Of a stretch of DNA of 34,782 nucleotides, positions 31,401 through 34,782 are shown piece after piece (position 1 is the first letter of the stretch; each line of letters starts with the position of its first letter). The stretch is from Trichomonas gallinae (taxonomy: Eukaryota). The position numbers and the translations under genes were made by a program. Under the pieces are notes generated by a model. The model saw only the letters and a list, made by a program, of their open reading frames with translations, did not search any database and was not told the DNA's origin. The stretch is taken from positions 1-34,782 of the forward strand of contig MRSU01000015.1 of the NCBI GenBank assembly GCA_008369845.1, written 5' to 3'.

Positions 31401-34400
31401 CTTCTAAAGTCTGCGTCGACAGGAGAACCGAGCGTTGAGTTTGTCAAGCCACTGATTAAGTCGTCGAGCGAAAAGTCTGACAATGTCGTGATTGAAGAGA
31501 ATACAGTCAGCTCTTATGAAGTGCAAAGACCGTTCACAAATGATTCGTCGACATCTACAGGAACAATAGAAGGACTGAGATCCCACAAAAACGAAGAAAT
31601 CATGGCTTATTTCACTCAAAAAGTGCCACAAGCTTCTTCTGCATCAGCATCTGAGAAACTTATGGAGCTTCCCAAACACAGAGGGCCGATGCTCGACCGA
31701 AGGTACCACGTTTCTTCTGATTCAGATGAACTATCCAGAGAAATAATGAAAATTAATTCATCGTCGTCTGATCCAAAGAAACTTTTAATGGTCGAAGACA
31801 AACCAGTCAGAAACAATTTCATCGTCGGATCTGCTAAGCAGTCATCAGATTCATCGGACTCAAAGAACGCACAAATCTCCAAACAAAACGAAATGCAAAA
31901 CAAGAAATCGGATTCATCGGACTCGAAGAATGTTAAAGTTGTGCAAAAATCACCAAAGATTTCATCTGATTCCGAAGAATCGTCAGCCAAAATCCCAGAA
32001 CAGGTGAAGCAGTTCATACAGAAGAAACCACACATTTCTGAAATCTCATCTGACTCATCGTCAACTTCTTTGATGAAGTTGGACGAAGAGACAATCGACC
32101 CAGATCACATGATTCTGCCGCAGAATGTTACAGTACTCAATTCGCACGACGAAAGCGAAAGCTCGGAACTTTTTATTCCCGAGCCAGTGGAAAATAAACA
32201 GCGCCAGAAGTCAACATCAACAAAAGAAGAGGAGTCTTCATCATCAGACAAACTTAACGAAGAGACGATTCTCTCCGAAGATATGAAGCCAGAAATGAGC
32301 CCGATGTCTCCGAAGAAAGTTTACTCAGATTCTGACAAAGAGAAAACTCTACTGAAAGTCAGCATTCCAGAGGAGAAAGAGGAATCAGATGGACCGCCAA
32401 CACCTAAGACTCCGCAGGTTTTAGTTCAGAAGTTCAACAACGACATCTCAATATCATCAGAAGACGAAGAAGAATCAGAGAAACAAAAAGTCGTCAACCA
32501 AAAACCGCCGCAAGTTTCGTCAGAGAACTCAGACGACGAAGAGAAAATTGCTTTCAGCAAAATTTCCGATGCCAATATCATCCAAAAGAAGCCTCCGCTT
32601 TCTTCTTACTCATCATCTCCACAAGTTCCTTTCACGCAGAAGAAATACGTGCCTTCCTCCGATGGTGAATCAACTTATACATCAACGAGCGAGGCAACTG
32701 ATCCCGAAGAAAGGCCAAACCCATTCAAGCCTGCCATGCCTTCCTCTATTTCCGAGCAGACGACTTCATACTCGGAAATTCCATTCCCTGATCCTAACCT
32801 AGCAGAAAACATGGGACTATCAACGGGAACAGACGAGTCAACGTCAGTGAACGAAGAGAGCAACCAACAGAAAGTTGAAGCGAACAGCTCTGACGCTCAG
32901 AAAGACAACGAGGAAGCCGCAACAACACCCTACCTGAAGTTTTCGTCCGAAGAAAGCTCCGACTCGATGAATGAAGCGGAAAAGCTTCTGCTAAGAAAGA
33001 AGAACATGATTGAGTTACAAGAGTCAATGAAGAGGGAAATAGAAGAAGCTAAGAAAGAAGTGAGGAAAGGAGAAAAAGTTCCAGCAAAACCAGAAGAAAT
33101 AGTCGAAAAAGAAGAGATTAAAGTTGTTGTAGAAGAACCAAAACAAGAAGTCAAGGAACAAAAAGTGGCAAAGAAGAAAGTTTACAAGATAATCGACAAC
33201 AATTCTACTTCTTCGTCATCAGAGGAAATCGAGAAGCTCCAGCTTTCGATGCCCATAGAACAGATCATCCAGCTCAACGAGGAAAAGAAAGCTGAGCGCG
33301 AAGAGCAAAAGAAGCAGTTCAAACAAAAGAAGCCGCCTATGTCGTCTGAGTCATCAGCGGCCGAACAACCAGACAAACACAGGACAATACACAGACCTCC
33401 TCCAATTCCTGTCAACCACGATACGAAAACAGAAGCAAAAGCAAGCAAGAAGTCACCAGTTGGCAAAGACACACATTCAGACGGAGAAAACAAGCCAAGA
33501 CACGTTAAGCAGAGAAAGCAACAAATTGAGCAGTCGCCTTTAGTTGAAGAGAAGAAAACATCTTCTTCTGATGACTCATCGACAAACGGACAGATTTCGA
33601 TATTCAAATCGATAAAGCCGCGAACTTTTTCGTCGCAGTACATCGATTTGTCACCTAGGAGAACAAATATCAACCCAATAAACGCGGGTAGCTCATCGCC
33701 TAACCTGATATCGAAAGACAAAACAGTCTCATCAGACAACGATGAAGAAAGGCAGCCAATGATTTTCAGACCATTCAGATACAATGCTAGAAAAGTCAAG
33801 TCGCAGGGCGAAGTAACATCGGTGACAACTGGAGGAACAAGCAGTCCGTTGGATAGTCCAGCAATTCCAGAATCAATGCGTGGCCCAATTTCTGTCACAG
33901 AAATCACTGAGTCATCTTTTTCGAGCGACTATTTCACTAGGAAATCGAAGCCCACTGAGTCATCTGCATCACCGTCCACATCTATGCAGAAGCCTCCGCC
34001 AAACTCGAGCAGCGACGTCCCAAGCAGCGGAAAACCGGCATCGAAAATTGTCGATCAGATTCCAGAAGCAGAGAATTTTGTCGAAGACGAAACATCGACA
34101 CTAGAGACAGATTCCATGAAATCAACTGAATCAACTGATAACCAAGATCTGCAGATATTCGTAACAAAAAAGTTCCAGAGGGTCAATCTGCAGCAGTCAA
34201 GGAATTTCGCGAAATCGACAGACGTCCTGAAGATCGAAGAAGCTGACGAAGCAAATGAACACAAAGCTAAGAGCAACAAGTACAACTTCATCAAGTCTCC
34301 GATCGGAAACATCGCAATTAATGATGAGCCGCGGCCGAAGTCGATGGATTTCGGAAGGAGGCCAATAAGATCGATTGACTTGCAGAATTTTGCGCCTCCG

Positions 34401-34532
34401 CTTTACTACGATGATACATCAAAGAGCAGGGATGAAACAGAGTCGAAATCTTTTGAATCAGACTTCTCTGAAGATGATCACTACAAAAAGAAGAAGAACC
34501 AAGTGAAATTCGGTATCAAACAGAAAGATTAA
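28407..34532 (+). CDS. Large low-complexity Ser/Lys/Glu/Pro-rich, probably disordered protein (~2041 aa), function unknown
   Basis: 6.1-kb uninterrupted ORF with coding-like composition and short coiled-coil-like tracts. No recognisable domain. First ATG in the open frame is 28407 (frame open from 28299). Confidence 0.85.
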   Translation: MKVVKRIRKIIHRDGTQTILEVTREKHPVTNDEKNRMEIKVPQNETNQQQNTPRRNSILKDPKNSDGSHIQSGGTIDGTNSPSTFNPSGLPTNIDKLDPSAERFYSRNSQKVHPVHSASSHLQDDSDNDRFEPIVFTKDSKTYDKVIYDFVSESSSNDEEDPNKVIDDRFIRYVSQKRYANSTDIRKVVQFQLKEGIQMTPALKRIKQNYNHGQFNILNTLDKKSKSMGIIECNDIPQVPTENKCRSGPISFDDFAVQISESASDEQEDDLQATIQIDAPSYSFKYNRIKKPTKISSNSSELFSNEPEFTDTPQIMPKKRKYKPLFKPKKRLAAELEQPKTFHKHHPGPATEFKGSLEIPDDETFIKRFGAIRPKLKDEFEETEDFKKSESFPAFLDQSKNRNVIQIDDKYYVEKIEDGFLTRVRVTADGRRLVLVSKEEKKRSPSKKLQRKKSTSSADNIKYAISDIPSRDSELSFGGIYLSESKSYNPNPNSSDNDFRQSSTEYSLLPSIKEEPIKEMNEIEFPDLESKPNKTEPGTPVNPSKSDSKSGSEKSKGKKRHRNSLREKSEAKNHDHKPRRKSDHVHHHRRRSRTHHDSFSVTSSINQDSEDTSELGVPRPRMIPLPPNPSSRSNFSKNTKDSNAQSSDKFSSSVLNSRHNSDSNPLLLDKLHSSSQPSSKEPIPHLSPTSVEKSPLSFDKDSSTFEKVLPDAIIVEKVSSPKSKEEKSSSAQKSKSNSKSKTGKKEEQKPKDAKPKEAKKHETKPVKKEEHKSPSVKEEDSKSHKHAKSKLPTPPRSFLDSQPANNDEVEKFEGRNLDESNSQQIVIAPAPPLSDAILNAIQTPQNYESSEEPLKIEQPPRKNSSSESYDSISNQIAVNNDINVKKIFNLVVDSETVKHKSSENNIETNSDGIKKISDSTKTNDEEIKNQFSSTKLKRSSGSNKSVRFQVLPTLPKTVTEDTSSTEEETEEYTVQDYNYMKEKVVFAEEPVNTSDTKPLLKSASTGEPSVEFVKPLIKSSSEKSDNVVIEENTVSSYEVQRPFTNDSSTSTGTIEGLRSHKNEEIMAYFTQKVPQASSASASEKLMELPKHRGPMLDRRYHVSSDSDELSREIMKINSSSSDPKKLLMVEDKPVRNNFIVGSAKQSSDSSDSKNAQISKQNEMQNKKSDSSDSKNVKVVQKSPKISSDSEESSAKIPEQVKQFIQKKPHISEISSDSSSTSLMKLDEETIDPDHMILPQNVTVLNSHDESESSELFIPEPVENKQRQKSTSTKEEESSSSDKLNEETILSEDMKPEMSPMSPKKVYSDSDKEKTLLKVSIPEEKEESDGPPTPKTPQVLVQKFNNDISISSEDEEESEKQKVVNQKPPQVSSENSDDEEKIAFSKISDANIIQKKPPLSSYSSSPQVPFTQKKYVPSSDGESTYTSTSEATDPEERPNPFKPAMPSSISEQTTSYSEIPFPDPNLAENMGLSTGTDESTSVNEESNQQKVEANSSDAQKDNEEAATTPYLKFSSEESSDSMNEAEKLLLRKKNMIELQESMKREIEEAKKEVRKGEKVPAKPEEIVEKEEIKVVVEEPKQEVKEQKVAKKKVYKIIDNNSTSSSSEEIEKLQLSMPIEQIIQLNEEKKAEREEQKKQFKQKKPPMSSESSAAEQPDKHRTIHRPPPIPVNHDTKTEAKASKKSPVGKDTHSDGENKPRHVKQRKQQIEQSPLVEEKKTSSSDDSSTNGQISIFKSIKPRTFSSQYIDLSPRRTNINPINAGSSSPNLISKDKTVSSDNDEERQPMIFRPFRYNARKVKSQGEVTSVTTGGTSSPLDSPAIPESMRGPISVTEITESSFSSDYFTRKSKPTESSASPSTSMQKPPPNSSSDVPSSGKPASKIVDQIPEAENFVEDETSTLETDSMKSTESTDNQDLQIFVTKKFQRVNLQQSRNFAKSTDVLKIEEADEANEHKAKSNKYNFIKSPIGNIAINDEPRPKSMDFGRRPIRSIDLQNFAPPLYYDDTSKSRDETESKSFESDFSEDDHYKKKKNQVKFGIKQKD

Positions 34533-34717
34533 TATATTTATCATGTTATTTTTATTATGTATAAATGTTATTTAGTACAAGATATTAACTTATAAGTTCT
34601 ATTTCTCAATCATAGAGATAATCGAAATTTAGATTCTCAAAATCGTTTGAAATTCTCATCTGTAGATTTTTTATGTAGTATAATAATATATTTAAAATAA
34701 ACATAATAAATGTAGAA

Positions 34718-34782
34718 GCCTGTGTAGCTCAACCGGATAGAGCATAAGACTCTTAATCTTGGGGTTGCGGGTTCGAGTCCCG
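34718..34782 (+). tRNA. tRNA-Lys(CTT), 3' end truncated by window edge
   Basis: GCCTGTG acceptor 5' strand; D arm GCTC/GAGC; anticodon arm TAAGA-CT CTT AA-TCTTG with anticodon at 34752-34754; T arm GCGGG-TTCGAGT-CCCG. No intron. Confidence 0.97.

Noticed and set aside
1..34782. CRISPR arrays, rRNA, transposase or Maverick/Polinton genes, canonical spliceosomal introns
   Set aside because: No regularly spaced repeats, rRNA signatures, transposase/integrase motifs or GTATGT...ACTAACACACAG introns were seen by eye.

Overview
Gene-dense, apparently intron-free eukaryotic DNA, most likely from a trichomonad parabasalid. This is inferred from the TCA-type initiator-like sites a few nt before ATGs, TAAA signals overlapping stop codons, and a multi-TM PAS/adenylyl cyclase gene. 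The window opens in the last 17 codons of an actin gene and closes inside a tRNA-Lys(CTT). Intact genes encode a P4-type flippase ATPase (-), a 3020-aa Hydin-like protein (+), a transmembrane PAS adenylyl cyclase (-), a C19 ubiquitin-specific protease (+), a BRCT protein (+) and a ~2040-aa Ser/Lys/Glu-rich protein (+). The most unusual locus is 13315-15047. The separate short ORFs there join into one ~578-aa UBA + Myb/SANT-like + sigma-region-4-like HTH protein through six frame changes (one +1, five successive -1) with no internal substitution stops, and in-phase slippery-type heptamers lie at up to three of the junctions. A second theme is a recurring TGACA...TGTCA inverted motif (TGACAYRTAAA / CAYGTAA) in four upstream regions. 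Several other genes look disrupted at 20.9-21.8, 26.1-26.5 and 26.8-27.8 kb. All family calls come from motif recognition by eye; no database search was run.
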